From Eledone cirrhosa (taxonomy: Eukaryota): 64,000 nucleotides of DNA. This document shows positions 39,073-50,418 of this stretch, piece after piece (the first letter of the stretch is position 1; every line of letters begins with the position of its first letter). Under the pieces are notes generated by a model that was not told the origin of the DNA, did no database searches, and was given only the letters and a program-made list of their open reading frames with translations. Location of the stretch: assembly GCA_964016885.1 (NCBI GenBank), contig OZ024755.1:33294001-33358000 (forward strand), written 5' to 3'. Made by a program: the position numbers and the translations under genes.

Positions 39073-39480
39073 TGGAAGTGTGTGGCCTAGTGGTGAGGGT
39101 GTTGGACTTACGATCATAATATCGTGGGTTCAATTCCTGGGTTAGGTTGCATGTTGTGCTCTTGAGCAAAACACTTCATTTCCCGATGCTCTAGTATACT
39201 CAGTAGAGGTGTGTGGCCTAGTGGTAAGGGTGTAGGATTTATGATCATAATATCGTGGGTTCAATTCCCGAGTAGCAGTGTTGTGTTCTTGAACAAAACA
39301 CTTCATTTCACGTTGCTCCAGTTTACTCAGCTGAAAATGACTACCAGCAATAGCTGGAGGTTTAACCCTGTAATGGACTGGAGTCCTATTCAGGGGGAGA
39401 CTTGTACTCTCTGTCGCTTCACGCCATGAAACCATGATAAGCACCGGCCAAATGTGCTTTCTGACTTAAAACAGACTTTA
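39073..39480 (+). mobile_element. SINE family B with duplicated ~130-bp 5' part
   Basis: Head at 39073 restarts at ~39206, then full body. Confidence 0.85.
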
Positions 39481-39531
39481 GACCTTAGATATATATTATG
39501 GTCATGATGATGATATATGCAGCATGAATAG

Positions 39532-39830
39532 GCAGCGAATTGGCAGAGTCGTGAAGATCTCAGATAGAATGCTTTACAGTATTCGTCCCTCCTCATTGCA
39601 CGCTCTGAGTTCAAATCCCACCAGTGTCAACTTTGCCTTTTATCCTTCCTTTTGAGCTCGATAAAAAGAGTACCAGTCCAGTACTGGGGTCAATCCTTCC
39701 ATTATAGAAAAAATCAACTGTGTTCAGACCTGGAGAGGGTTGGGCTCTACCAGGTTTAAAAGTTCCCTAGACCCACCGTATGACAGTGCCTCTACAACTC
39801 CACAAGGAGTTATGTGATCTTTAACCTATC
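39532..39830 (+). mobile_element. Diverged Nin-core SINE with extended tail
   Basis: tggcagagtcg A box, gagttcaaatcc B box, core; tail 39730-39820 resembles 40710-40800. Confidence 0.6.
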
Positions 39831-39857
39831 CTATATATCATTGAAGGAGCATTGTGC

Positions 39858-40152
39858 TTGCAATTGGAAGGTTGTGAGTTTGATTCTCAGACCGGATGAT
39901 GCATTGTATCCTTGAGCAAGACACTTCATTTTATGTTGCTCCAGTTCACTCAGCTGTAGAAATGAGTTGTGACGTCACTGGTGCCAAGCTGTATCGGTCA
40001 TTGCCTTTCCCTTGGACATCATTGGTGGTGTCGAGAGGGGAGACTGGTATGCATGGTGACCTCTGGTCTTCCATCTTGCCTGGACTTGTGCCCTGGAGGG
40101 AAACTTTCTAGGTGCAAATCCCATGGTCATTCGTGATTGAAGGGGGTTTAAA
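39858..40152 (+). mobile_element. SINE with Meta/CORE-like domain and distinct tail
   Basis: gagtttgattctc B box; tccttgagcaagacacttc..ctccagttcactcagctgtagaaatgag. Confidence 0.65.
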
Positions 40153-40479
40153 ATATCAAGATTATGATGATGATGATCATCATCATCATCATCATCATCA
40201 CTGTCGTCATCAGCCATTATCTGCCCACTATATATTGCTATGTTTGGTTTTACAAATGGAAGAAAGAGAACATATTATAGTAACCCTTTTCTTACAGTAC
40301 AATGAAAACACTGTCTAGGTCTTTCAATATAATTTGAAGAAAAAAAACTATAAATAAATTAGGAGGAATTTAATAAAATAAACTTTTTCAATAGTAAGCT
40401 GATGTTTGAAACATTACATAAATATTTTCTTAAATAAAATCATGATGGATTGTTTTAATATTAAGTATAGACGTTTCTA

Positions 40480-40810
40480 GGCAATGAATGTCAGTCGTTA
40501 GAATGTCGGATAAAATGCCATTCAATCCAGTTTTCTTCTCTCTCAGTTCAAATACTGTGGAGGTCAACTTTGCTTTTCATTCAGTCTGGGTTGATAAAAA
40601 AACATACCAGTCAAGTACTGGGGTTGATTCTTCCTCTATATCTCTTTCTCATTTCCATTCTCCCATTCTCGAGCCTTCTCTGAAAGAAATCTGCTGTCTT
40701 CAGGCATAGAGAGAATATGGGCTCCAGCAGGTTTTAAAATGCCCTAGAAACGCTGTATGTTAATACAGCACCCCTATAACACTTTCAGGAGTTAGGGGAT
40801 CATAACATCA
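40480..40810 (+). mobile_element. Diverged Nin-core SINE with extended tail
   Basis: gttcaaatac..gtcaactttgcttttcat..gataaaa; tail shared with the 39532 copy. Confidence 0.5.
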
Positions 40811-41100
40811 CATGATCATTTCGAGATGGGCAGTTTTGAATCCTAAAACTAAGGCAATTTTATGTGGACTGGTATCTGAAGGGTTAAGCAAATTATACAC
40901 TCTTTTATTAACTGAGAATAATATAGGAGATACACAAGGGTGCAGAGTTTAGTGTCAAGCTACTTGTAATACTGGTGGTTATAATACCAAGAGCTGTTTA
41001 TATAATAATTAATGGAGATGGAAGGTTTCAAAATGCTCTAAAATTTCTGATAATGTTACCTGAAATAGAATATATGTCTGTAAAGAGTATATTCTATATA

Positions 41101-41737
41101 ATAATAATAATGAAATTATTGTGTACAGTGCTCAGGTGCACTACAACTTATCAAAGGTGCATGTATAGTACATAGAATAATGTTCAAATGTCAGGAAAAC
41201 GAACAGTGTACGAGTCATGAAATACATGTGTGCGTGTGTGTGTATGGAGGGGGACATCAGGTGTAGTGTTGGCGAATCTCAGGAAGCATGGAGGTTTTAA
41301 AGGATGCAGTGTCTCGACAGCTAACAACTGATGCAGGTAGTTTGTTCCATGGAGGTTTTAAAGGATGCAGTGTCTCGACAGCTAACAACTGATGCAGGTA
41401 GTTTGTTCCATGGAGGTTTTAAAGGATGCAGTGTCTCGACAGCTAACAACTGATGCAGGTAGTTTGTTTCATGGAGGTTTTAAAGGATGCAGTGTCTCGA
41501 CAGCTAACAACTGATGCAGGTAGTTTGTTTCATGGAGGTTTTAAAGGATGCAGTGTCTCGACAGCTAACAACTGATGCAGGTAGTTTGTTCCATGGAGGT
41601 TTTAAAGGATGCAGTGTCTCGACAGCTAACAACTGATGCAGGTAGTTTGTTCCATGGAAGTTTTAAAGGATGCAGTGTCTCGACAGCTAACAACTGAGGC
41701 AGGTAGTTTGTTCCATGGCAGGTAGTTTGTTCCATGG
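41101..41737 (-). mobile_element. CR1-group LINE 3' end whose 5' part is 7 tandem copies of a 61-bp segment
   Basis: 41101-41350 matches 2391-2640; 61-bp unit repeated 41288-41714. Confidence 0.9.
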
Positions 41738-41846
41738 ACAGCCCTTTTTCAACACTGCATCTCACCATTCATTGCTATCCTTTGTCATCTCTACCATGAG
41801 CTTCAGTGATATGAGATCAGTTCTCATTATTCTACTTCCACCCAAA

Positions 41847-42031
41847 GGGCGGTGGATTGGCAGTATCGGTAGAGGGTCGGACGCCATGCTTTCCAGCATA
41901 GTTACGTCCCTTTACGATCTGAGTTCAAATCCCGCCGAGGTTGACTTTGCCTTTCATCCTTACGGGGTCGATAAAATAAAGTACCAGTAATGCACTGGTT
42001 AATTGCTGGCCTTGTGCCTAAAGTAGAAACA
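41847..42031 (+). mobile_element. SINE family A, young
   Basis: Perfect 19-bp TSD attattctacttccaccca (41826, 42032). Confidence 0.92.
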
Positions 42032-42464
42032 ATTATTCTACTTCCACCCAGGTCTTCTTTCGTCTTACTTTACTGTGGCTTCCGTCCACTGGGATTTTTT
42101 AGCGCTCACTGATCATCATCTATGCACATCACATGTGTGCCCATCCCCAATGCACGCAACATCTGATTCCCCTGTTAATAATTTTCTCTTTCAGTTCATC
42201 CATACTTTGTTGTTCATGTATATTAACATTGCACATTCATTTAAGCATGGCTCTTTCTCACTTTTTCCTTTCGCTTCGTCTACACTGCTCATCGGCGCTT
42301 GTTATAATGGGTTTCATTGTGCTTGTCCAAGAAGTGGATGCGAAGGCAGACACCGGACCATTGAAGGAAACCATGAAAGGAAACAAGAAAATGAGGCGAC
42401 AAAATGAAACCGGTAATGTTCCTTCTGTAGGTTCACCTTGATATGACTTTTACTTCCTGTAAGC

Positions 42465-42631
42465 CAGGGTTTCCCAAACTTTTTCAAACATGGAAACCTT
42501 TTTTGGTTCAGAAACTTTGGGGGAACCCCAAAGTCTAATACCGTTATATGGTAGTAATATAAATATACTACTCCACCTTTTTTCACAGAACCCTAGATAC
42601 TTGTTTGTGGAACCCACTTTGGGAATCATTG
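42465..42631. mobile_element. hAT MITE (Charlie-like ends)
   Basis: TIRs CAGGGTTTCCCAAA / TTTGGGAATCATTG; degenerate 8-bp TSD ctgtaagc/ttgtaagt. Confidence 0.7.
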
Positions 42632-42649
42632 TTGTAAGTGATTGAATTC

Positions 42650-42990
42650 GATCGTCTTCTCCAGGACCTCATGAATGAATGAAGAGGTCCAAAAAATAAT
42701 CACACAGCACATGAACCACTTTGAAGATCTGCTGACCAGGGTGGAGTGGAGGAAGCTGGGGTAGTTTGGGCATGTAACAAGATCAGACAGACCCTCTAAG
42801 ACAATCCTCCGAGGAACAGTGTGGAGAAAGAGAATGCAGGGCAAATAGAGGAAGTGGTGGACAGTATAGCTGGCAAAACCCAAGCACTTGCCCATGAGCA
42901 CCAGAAATGGAGGCATTTGGTGCAGCGTTCAATACTGCAGTGTTCCAACAACCCCGAAAAGGATTAAGGGACCACGACGATGATGATGAT
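42650..42990 (+). mobile_element. RTE LINE 3' fragment
   Basis: EDLLTRVEWRKLG*FGHVTRSDRPSKTILRGTV; (GAT)n tail. Confidence 0.75.
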
Positions 42991-43040
42991 CCATTCAAGC
43001 ATATTTACTACACTTCTCTCTAACCTTTGCATATCCTCTG

Positions 43041-43329
43041 CAGATATCATACAGATATCATACAGATATCATACAGATATCACACAGATATCATACATAT
43101 ATCATACAGATATCATACAGATATCATACAGATATCATACAGATATCACACAGATATCACACAGATATCATACAGATATCATACAGATATCATACAGATA
43201 TCACACAGATATCATACAGATATCACACAGATATCACACAGATATCATACAGATATCATACAGATATCACACAGATATCATACAGATATCATACAGATAT
43301 CATACAGATATCACACAGATATCATACAG
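43041..43329. repeat. 11-bp minisatellite CAGATATCA(T/C)A (~26 copies)
   Basis: Direct reading. Confidence 0.95.
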
Positions 43330-43586
43330 CCGACTTTTCGTTCATAGGGAGAAACCTTTCAACCTGTTCTTTATATATATATAATCATCATCATTTTATG
43401 TCCGCTTTTCCCTGCTGTGTGTATAATCTGTTCTGATAATATATATATATATATATGTAAAAGTTCTATTTAAATTGTTGGGATACAACAAGCAAATATT
43501 TTTATAACTGATATAAAGCACTCAACAAATAATTGGAGTAAAAATACGATATTAACAAATGGAAACTATATTTATAAAACCATATT

Positions 43587-43651
43587 TATTTCATTATACA
43601 TATTTCAAGGACACCAAGTTAAATTATGGTGTGCTTTCGTCAGATAAAATA
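43587..43651 (-). ncRNA. Minimal type I hammerhead ribozyme in PLE pseudo-LTR (predicted)
   Basis: On -: stem I TATTTTAT/ATGAAATA, CTGACGA, stem II AAG-C-ACACCA/TGGTGT-C-CTT, GAAA, near-palindromic short stem III TATGTA, then TA. Confidence 0.72.
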
Positions 43652-44654
43652 TAATATAGAGCAGTTTTATAAATAAATATTGACATACCCTTAAAGAATG
43701 CAACCATTACTGTTGGAAGCTCCTGGATAGTGGAGTTGTAGCTTTAATTATATTATTAGGTAAGTTAGTATTGGATATTTTTAAATAAGCCATTGGGTTA
43801 CGGAGAAAGAGAAAGAGGGAGAAAGAGAAAGAGAGAGAAAGAGCAGAACAACAGAGAGAAAAAGATAGCGAGAGAGGAGAAAGAGAAAGGAGAGAGAACA
43901 AAACTCTAAGTCATATCTTGTTGAGTTATCTTAACATTTGAGATGGAATGAATAAATAAAATTAAAAATGTTAATCATCATGAATGGAATATACATATAT
44001 AATATGAGAAATTTAACCATTGTTTAAATATGATTAGATGTTTAGTTAATCAGTTAAATATTGAGATCAATACATTAAAAATTGGGATCTATATATTAAG
44101 AAATCTATATATTATTATTAAGACTATATTGTTAAAGATCTATATATTATATATTATATAACACGTATGCGCACGCAAAAATACATACATATAAATATAT
44201 ATAAACTCGTATAAAAATATATATACATATCTAACTATGTATATAATATATACATACACAATATAAAGGATTCTTTAATTTAAGATATAGGAGTCTTATA
44301 AAATCAGAGAAAGTCATTTCAATGTAATATCAAAGCAGCGTGAAGGAAAATTACGTTATTTAGTTATATCAATGTTACAATTGTTAAGATATTAAAGGAA
44401 ATTTTATGTTATTAAACAAATTTTTTTTATATAAGTTTTATAAGATTACCTGTTATGTATTTATGACTGTTATTATATGTTTATTTGTCACGAATCTTGG
44501 GATAATCCCTGTAGATAAGTGCAATCGAATTGTATGGATATACACGTATATATTTATACACAACTCCCACATATACATACATATATGTCCCCACACAAAT
44601 AGGTAGATACGCATCACATATATATATAATTAATTAATTAATTATATATATAAT

Positions 44655-45887
44655 TTTCTGAAGAGGAGTTAAAAGGAGTAGTTTTTGAAATAATATTCCA
44701 AATCAATGAATATTCAACGTTCTTTAGTTTGAGCTAGATAGAGAAGTTGAACATTTTTTGTTTGGATCTGTAAAAGAATTTTTATGATTATTTAAACTCT
44801 GTGGAAGTGGATCCCACATAATTAAATGAATTTAAATTAGTTTTTACATTACTATTATATACTATATTTTTAGTTAAGCAATTGTTATTTAACGGACAGT
44901 TAGATTTATTTCTACAGTTACATTTATCAAATTGGATATTTCTTGGGTTATTATTGGTATTTTGGTTAGGTTTTAAATTTCTATTATTAATTCTATTAAT
45001 ATTTTGCGCTAAATTTTTGGTGGAAGAATAAGTTAATTTTATAGTATGTCTATTAAAAATTGAGTAATATCTATGTGTTCTAGGGAAGCATTTGTCAAGA
45101 GCTTTAAAAAATAGTTTAGCAATAGGGGTTTTAATATTTAATGAGAAAGGAGGGGCGAACCATAAAATGTTCCTAGTTCTATTTCTATTTTTGCTTTCGG
45201 AATTATTGTAAGGTTTTCTATTATAGTTGTTAAAATTGTTAAAATAGTTAAAATTGTTACGATTATGGTTAGTTGTTATATTATTATTATTATCAATGTA
45301 TTTAATTTTATTTCTATACCCAGCTCTACCTAATGCTTCGTTGTAATAATGTGCCTTTTCATCAAATATATTCTTATTAGCTGAAATTCTCGAAATTCGT
45401 TCTTGTACAGAGTTCACTATAGTATTTTTAACGGATCTGGGGTGATTAGAGTTAAAATTGTTTAGTTTAAGTTCTCATTTAGTTTGTGAAATGGATAATG
45501 AAGACATGTGTTAAGATTTAGTGTTACATCTAGAAAGTTAACTATTTTATGGTTATTCTCTATTTCTACTTTTAGATTAAGGTAATTAAAAAATTGTATA
45601 ATTTGTTTTCTTTTTCCATTTAGGTCACAATTATTATTTTCTATAAGTAAAAGCATGTCGTCACGATATAAACCTCCGGTTATCTCAGGTATTTTCCTAT
45701 GTAGAGAATTATTTATAAAGAGGCCCACAAGATCCGTTACCTGAGCGGAATCGGATGATCCCATAGTTATATCAAAGTTATTATTTCTACCTGCCCTAGT
45801 CCAGAGTTGGTTATTACATTCTATTAATGTTTTCCGTGCCGATAATATAATGTGCATTTCATTGCTAGTTAGGTCTGTATGTTGCAT
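44655..45887 (-). pseudogene. PLE RT + GIY-YIG endonuclease, frameshifted and deleted
   Basis: FDITMGS..GLYRDD..NFLDVTLNL..SNHP..WFAPPFS..CNCRNKSNCPLNNNCL..IVY..YVG; frameshift and deletion before NHKNSF. Confidence 0.9.
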
Positions 45888-45933
45888 TCTTTAAGGGTAT
45901 GTCAATATTTATTTATAAAACTGCTCTATATTA

Positions 45934-45998
45934 TATTTTATCTGACAAAAGCACACCATAATTTAACTTGGTGTCCTTGAAATATGTATAATGAAATA
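45934..45998 (+). ncRNA. Second hammerhead copy with core mutation (CTGACAA), likely inactive
   Basis: Identical to the 43587-43651 copy except G8>A in the CUGANGA box. Confidence 0.55.
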
Positions 45999-46052
45999 AA
46001 TATGGTTTTATAAATATAGTTTCCATTTGTTAATATCGTATATATATATATA

Positions 46053-46857
46053 TCATCATCACCGTTTTACGTCTTTTCTTCCACGCTAGCATGGGTTAGA
46101 CGGGTTATCCTGTTGTGGGCAGTGTCTGGTCGGCTGACCATGCCTTGCTCATACAGGAACTGATTTGGCTTGATTTCTACAGCTGGATGCCCTTCCTAAC
46201 ACCAACCTCATTTACAGTGAGTGCTGGGTGCTTTTTCGTGGTGCCTACATGTTCACTTTACAGTGTGGGCTGGGTGCTTTTTTGCCGTGGCACCTCCACG
46301 ACCACCTTGCAGTGGGAGGGTGTGGGGGCATATTGTCTATATGCTTCAGCTTGTACCCATGGGAGGTCGGGTACTCTGTATTACTGCGTGACACCAGAGG
46401 TCACGGTCGTGTGTCATCGCCTTTGAGATGTGTAAGTGGGTAAGGTCGGCTTTTATCACCTCATCCCAGGTCATCTTGGGTCTCCCCACTCCGCGGTTTC
46501 CATCGACTTCTAGTGCTCTGCACCTTTTTATGCAGCTGTCATCCTTTATACGCATCACATGTCCATACCAGCGCATCCGCCTCTCCTGCACACAGCATTT
46601 GATTTCTCTTATGCTCAGTCTCTCTCTCAATTCATTTATGCTTTGTCGTTCGCATATATTACTATTACACATCCATCGGAGCATGCAGGCTTCGTTTCTC
46701 TCTAATCTACGTAAGTCTTCCACCTTCAGCGCCCAGATCTCACTACCATGTAACATTGCTGTTCGGATACACGCATCATACAGTCTGCCTTTCATTGTGA
46801 GGGAGAAGCCTTTTGCAGCTACCAGTGGTAGCAGTTCCCTGAACTTCTTCCATCCCA
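46053..46857 (-). mobile_element. RTE LINE 3' part (ORF2 C-terminus plus UTR with ~2 tandem units)
   Basis: GWKKFRELLPL..KGRLYDACIRTAMLHGSEIW..RRMRWYGHVMR..GRPKMTW; (ATG)n tail. Confidence 0.92.
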
Positions 46858-46943
46858 TATATATATATATATGTTTATATATATCATCATCATCATCATC
46901 ATCATTATCATTTAACATCCATCTTCCACGCTTGCATGGGTTT

Positions 46944-47006
<63 letters not shown>

Positions 47007-47058
47007 AAGTATGTTTTGAAACAGAGAGCAGGTTTGAAATTATGAAATAGAATAGCTT

Positions 47059-47230
47059 TCACCGTATTTTTGACTAAAGGAATTTTACCCTGATAATGGG
47101 GTTTAGAACCCTCAGATAAATGGAAAAAGATGAGTATTGACGTACATGTATGTCAATACTCATCTTTTTCCATTTATCTGAGGGTTCTAAACCCCATTAT
47201 CAGGGTAAAATTCCTTTAGTCAAAAATACG

Positions 47231-47234
<4 letters not shown>
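47059..47234. repeat. 176-bp spacerless palindrome (single mismatch)
   Basis: Centre TACA|TGTA at 47146/47147; arms checked base by base. Confidence 0.95.
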
Positions 47235-47275
<41 letters not shown>

Positions 47276-47280
<5 letters not shown>

Positions 47281-47600
47281 AAGTTTAAGACCAGCTGCCC
47301 ATGGGAACTTCTATAAGCAGATGATCTAACTCTCATAGCTGAATCTATGGCCGAACTAGAGAAGAAATTCCAAACATGGAAGGATGGCCTAGAATCAAAA
47401 GGCCTTAAAGTTAACTTGTCTAAGACTAAAGTTCTAGTTTGTAGAAAGCAAAATAGGGCACAGGTCCCCTCAGGGAAATGGCCATGCTCAGTGTGTAAGA
47501 AAGGGGTAGGTAGAAATTCCATCTTATGTCCCAAATGCAAACTATGGGTATATAAAAGATGTAAGTGGGATCACAGGTAAGCTATCTAAGAATGTAGAAT
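47276..47600 (+). mobile_element. RTE RT fragment with PHD-like Cys cluster
   Basis: PWELL*ADDL..LESKGLKVNLSKTKVL..WPCSVCKKGVGRNSILCPKCKLWVYKRC. Confidence 0.85.
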
Positions 47601-47846
47601 TTATATGCTCAGGGCATGTTTGCCTGGGTTAGATGGGTTGACACATAAGACAAGTCAGGTCCAGAGCCCATACGGATCTGCATTTTGGCTTGGTTTCTAT
47701 GGCTGGATGTCCTTCCTAATGCCAACAATGTTACAGTGTGGACTAGGTGCTTTTTGTTGTGACTCTACACGACCACTTTACACACACACACACACACATA
47801 TATGACACCTCATTCCTACTCATTTTATATATATATATATATATAT

Positions 47847-48263
47847 GGAGGCACATGGCTTAGTGGTTAGAGCATTGGCCTTGCAGTCAAAAGGTTGTGA
47901 GTTCAATTCTCAGACCGGGTGATGTGTTGTTTCCTTGAGCAAGACAATTTATTTCACACTGCTCCAGTTTACTCAGCTGTAGAAATGAGATGATAGGGAC
48001 TGGGGTCCCTATCATTCCACTGCAAAGTGGTCGTGGAGGTGCCACGCCAAAAAAGCACCCAGCACTCACTGTAAAGCGGTCGTGGAGGTGCCACGGCAAA
48101 AAAGCACCCAGCCCACACTGTAAAGTGGTTGTGGAGGTGCCACGGCAAAAAAGCACCCAGCACTCACTGTAAATAAGGTTGGTGTTAGGAAGGGCATCCA
48201 GCTGTAGAAATCAAGCCACCCTTGCAAGCAGGGAAAAAGCGGATGTAAAATGAAATGATGATG
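47847..48263 (+). mobile_element. Full SINE family D: tRNA head + Meta/CORE-like domain + hairpin + RTE 3' UTR with 3 tandem units
   Basis: TGGCTTAGTGG A box, GAGTTCAATTC B box; tail matches RTE UTR; (ATG)n end. Confidence 0.8.
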
Positions 48264-48292
48264 AAAAATCATATATATATATAGAGAGAGAG

Positions 48293-48325
<33 letters not shown>

Positions 48326-48744
48326 CATATAGAAACATAAATACATATATATAACTACATACCAGTAAACATTTATTTCTTGATATGAATAGATAAATAA
48401 TTAAATAAATAAAAGGAATATATTAACACTCTCATATATATGTATGTATGTATGTATGTGTGTGTATGTATGTATGTATATGAGATGACCCCTTAGCCTT
48501 TGTCAAGGCAGAATTCTAGGAGAAGGAAAACTCTGATATAACACCTGCAACCTTGATGGTATCCAATGATGTTGACTTGTTCTTCTTTTTGGTAAATATC
48601 ATCTTGGTTAAGAGAGTGGGACTGGCTTTGTGCAGTGCCTTTGCTCACTATAAAAGCTTCACGGCACAGGCATTGCTTTATATCTGGAGATCTCTCTGCA
48701 CTTGTCGTCAACTGGTACCATGGGCCCAGCACTATGTGTCAATA

Positions 48745-48888
48745 ATTGTCACAAGTGTAGTGTTTGTACCAGAGTTTTCATGTCGCTGGCTGGACTAAAA
48801 TGTCACACTTATTCAGCGCATCGGTAGGGGTTCTCCTACATGGATATAAAGTAGTGGCCGTACTCGAAAACGAGTTGGCAGCCACCAT
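48745..48888 (+). mobile_element. Possible RTE 3' end with C2H2 finger
   Basis: [24 protein letters not shown] followed by a short ctcgaaaacgag hairpin. Confidence 0.4.
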
Positions 48889-49210
48889 ATATATATATAT
48901 ATATACACATACATATATATATATACATATACATACATATATTCATGTATGTATGTGTTTGTGTGTGTGTATATACATATATATACACATATACATATAT
49001 ATACATATATATATATGCATACATATATGCATGTATGTATGTATGTGTTTGTGTGTATGTATATATATATATATACACATATACATATATATATATATAT
49101 ATATATACATATATGTATGTATGTGTTTGTGTGTATGTATATGTGTATATATATATATATATATCATAATCTTCCATGCTAGAATATATATGTATGTGTA
49201 TGTATATAGT
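48889..49210. repeat. (TA)/(CA)/(TG) compound microsatellite
   Basis: Direct reading. Confidence 0.9.
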
Positions 49211-49467
49211 GGCAACTATCTTTATTGTAGAGTAAATAACATTGTTAGAACTCCATGTAGTCCTGAAGTAATAATTTCAATGACATCAAATGATATGAGT
49301 TTGTGTGTTTGTCTTACATCACAATAGATTCTATTGTGAATTCTACATAAACTACAGAGTCAAATATATATTTGTCGAGCAATGAAAACAAAAGGTGAAA
49401 ATCGGTGCTTAATAAGTTTATTGTTTTACGATCGTTTCAGAAGGTTGATTGATCAGGATAAATCAAT

Positions 49468-49942
49468 ATAATTGTTTCTACTTTTGGCACAAGGCCAGCA
49501 AATTACCCAGTTCATTACTGGTACTTTATTTTATCGACCCCGTTGGTAAGGATGAGGGGCAAAGTTAACCTCGACGGGATTTGAACTCAGAGCGTAAAGG
49601 GACGTAACTCTATGCTGATAAGCATGGTGTCCAACCCTCTACCGATACTGCCAAGTAATAATGATAGTTTAGATTTAAACATTATTGATATAAATTTAAA
49701 TAATTTTAAAAGCCATACAATGCATTAGAAAATTAAAGGTTCCTAGATAACAATTTATATTTCATATTCAACAATGCTTCAAGCAAACTACAACACTCTA
49801 TTATTAATATATTACATGAAACTGTGTTCAATGAGGATATTGCTGACATGTTATATGGGAATTGAACTCAGAACGTAAAGGGACGTAACTCTATGCTGGA
49901 AAGCATGGCGTCTAAACCCTCTACCGATACTGCCAATTCACC
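49468..49942 (-). mobile_element. SINE family A containing a 209-bp copy of 55208-55416
   Basis: SINE 49468-49654, insert 49655-49863, second SINE head 49857-49942. Confidence 0.85.
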
Positions 49943-50202
49943 AATGATTAATTGATAGTAGTTATGCACGCCCATATTATCAGTCTAGATATTTTATATC
50001 CATCTCACCATCTTCCTCAGAAGAAATCTGGGCTGTGATCACTGCCAGATTTAAGACAATTGGGGCCCTTTGTTAGTTAAGTTATGCAGCCCTGTGCTAC
50101 TTAATTTATTAGGCCTCAAACATTTGAAAAATTCATCATAAAACCTTTTTGGGGAAGAAATAAATAAAAGAAGAAAAAGCATGAGACAAGATCACACATC
50201 TT

Positions 50203-50418
50203 TTAACCTTTTACCATTTACATTACTCTATATTTATTACTATATTTTCATGGTAAAGGCTTTATCTCACATAATATTGAATCTATGAGATTTTGATATT
50301 ATTTATTTTGAGAACAATACCTTAACATCAGTATGAATGGACAGTTACAGCCAGTTTGAACAGAAAGAGGTGAGAGAATTCTGGCCGGATACAACCGGTT
50401 TAAATGCTAAAGGGTTAA
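50203..50418 (-). mobile_element. Family P MITE
   Basis: TTAA at both ends, aatgctaaaggg TIR. Confidence 0.88.

Larger units (their letters stand above)
43457..46041 (-). mobile_element. 5'-truncated Penelope-like element (probably Naiad-type) with 161-bp inverted pseudo-LTRs, inserted in (TA)n
   Basis: RT and GIY-YIG remnants; 43544-43704 is the reverse complement of 45881-46041; (TA)n on both flanks. Confidence 0.88.

Noticed and set aside
41847-41935. tRNA genes
   Set aside because: A/B boxes belong to SINE heads followed by core and tail with TSDs; no full cloverleaf
44658-44700. CTGAAGA...GAAA hammerhead-like motif on +
   Set aside because: Antisense to the PLE coding region and lacks convincing stems; likely chance
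47059-47234. Hammerhead in this palindrome (CTGATAA, CTGAGGG)
   Set aside because: Core boxes are mismatched and no consistent stems I and III could be built
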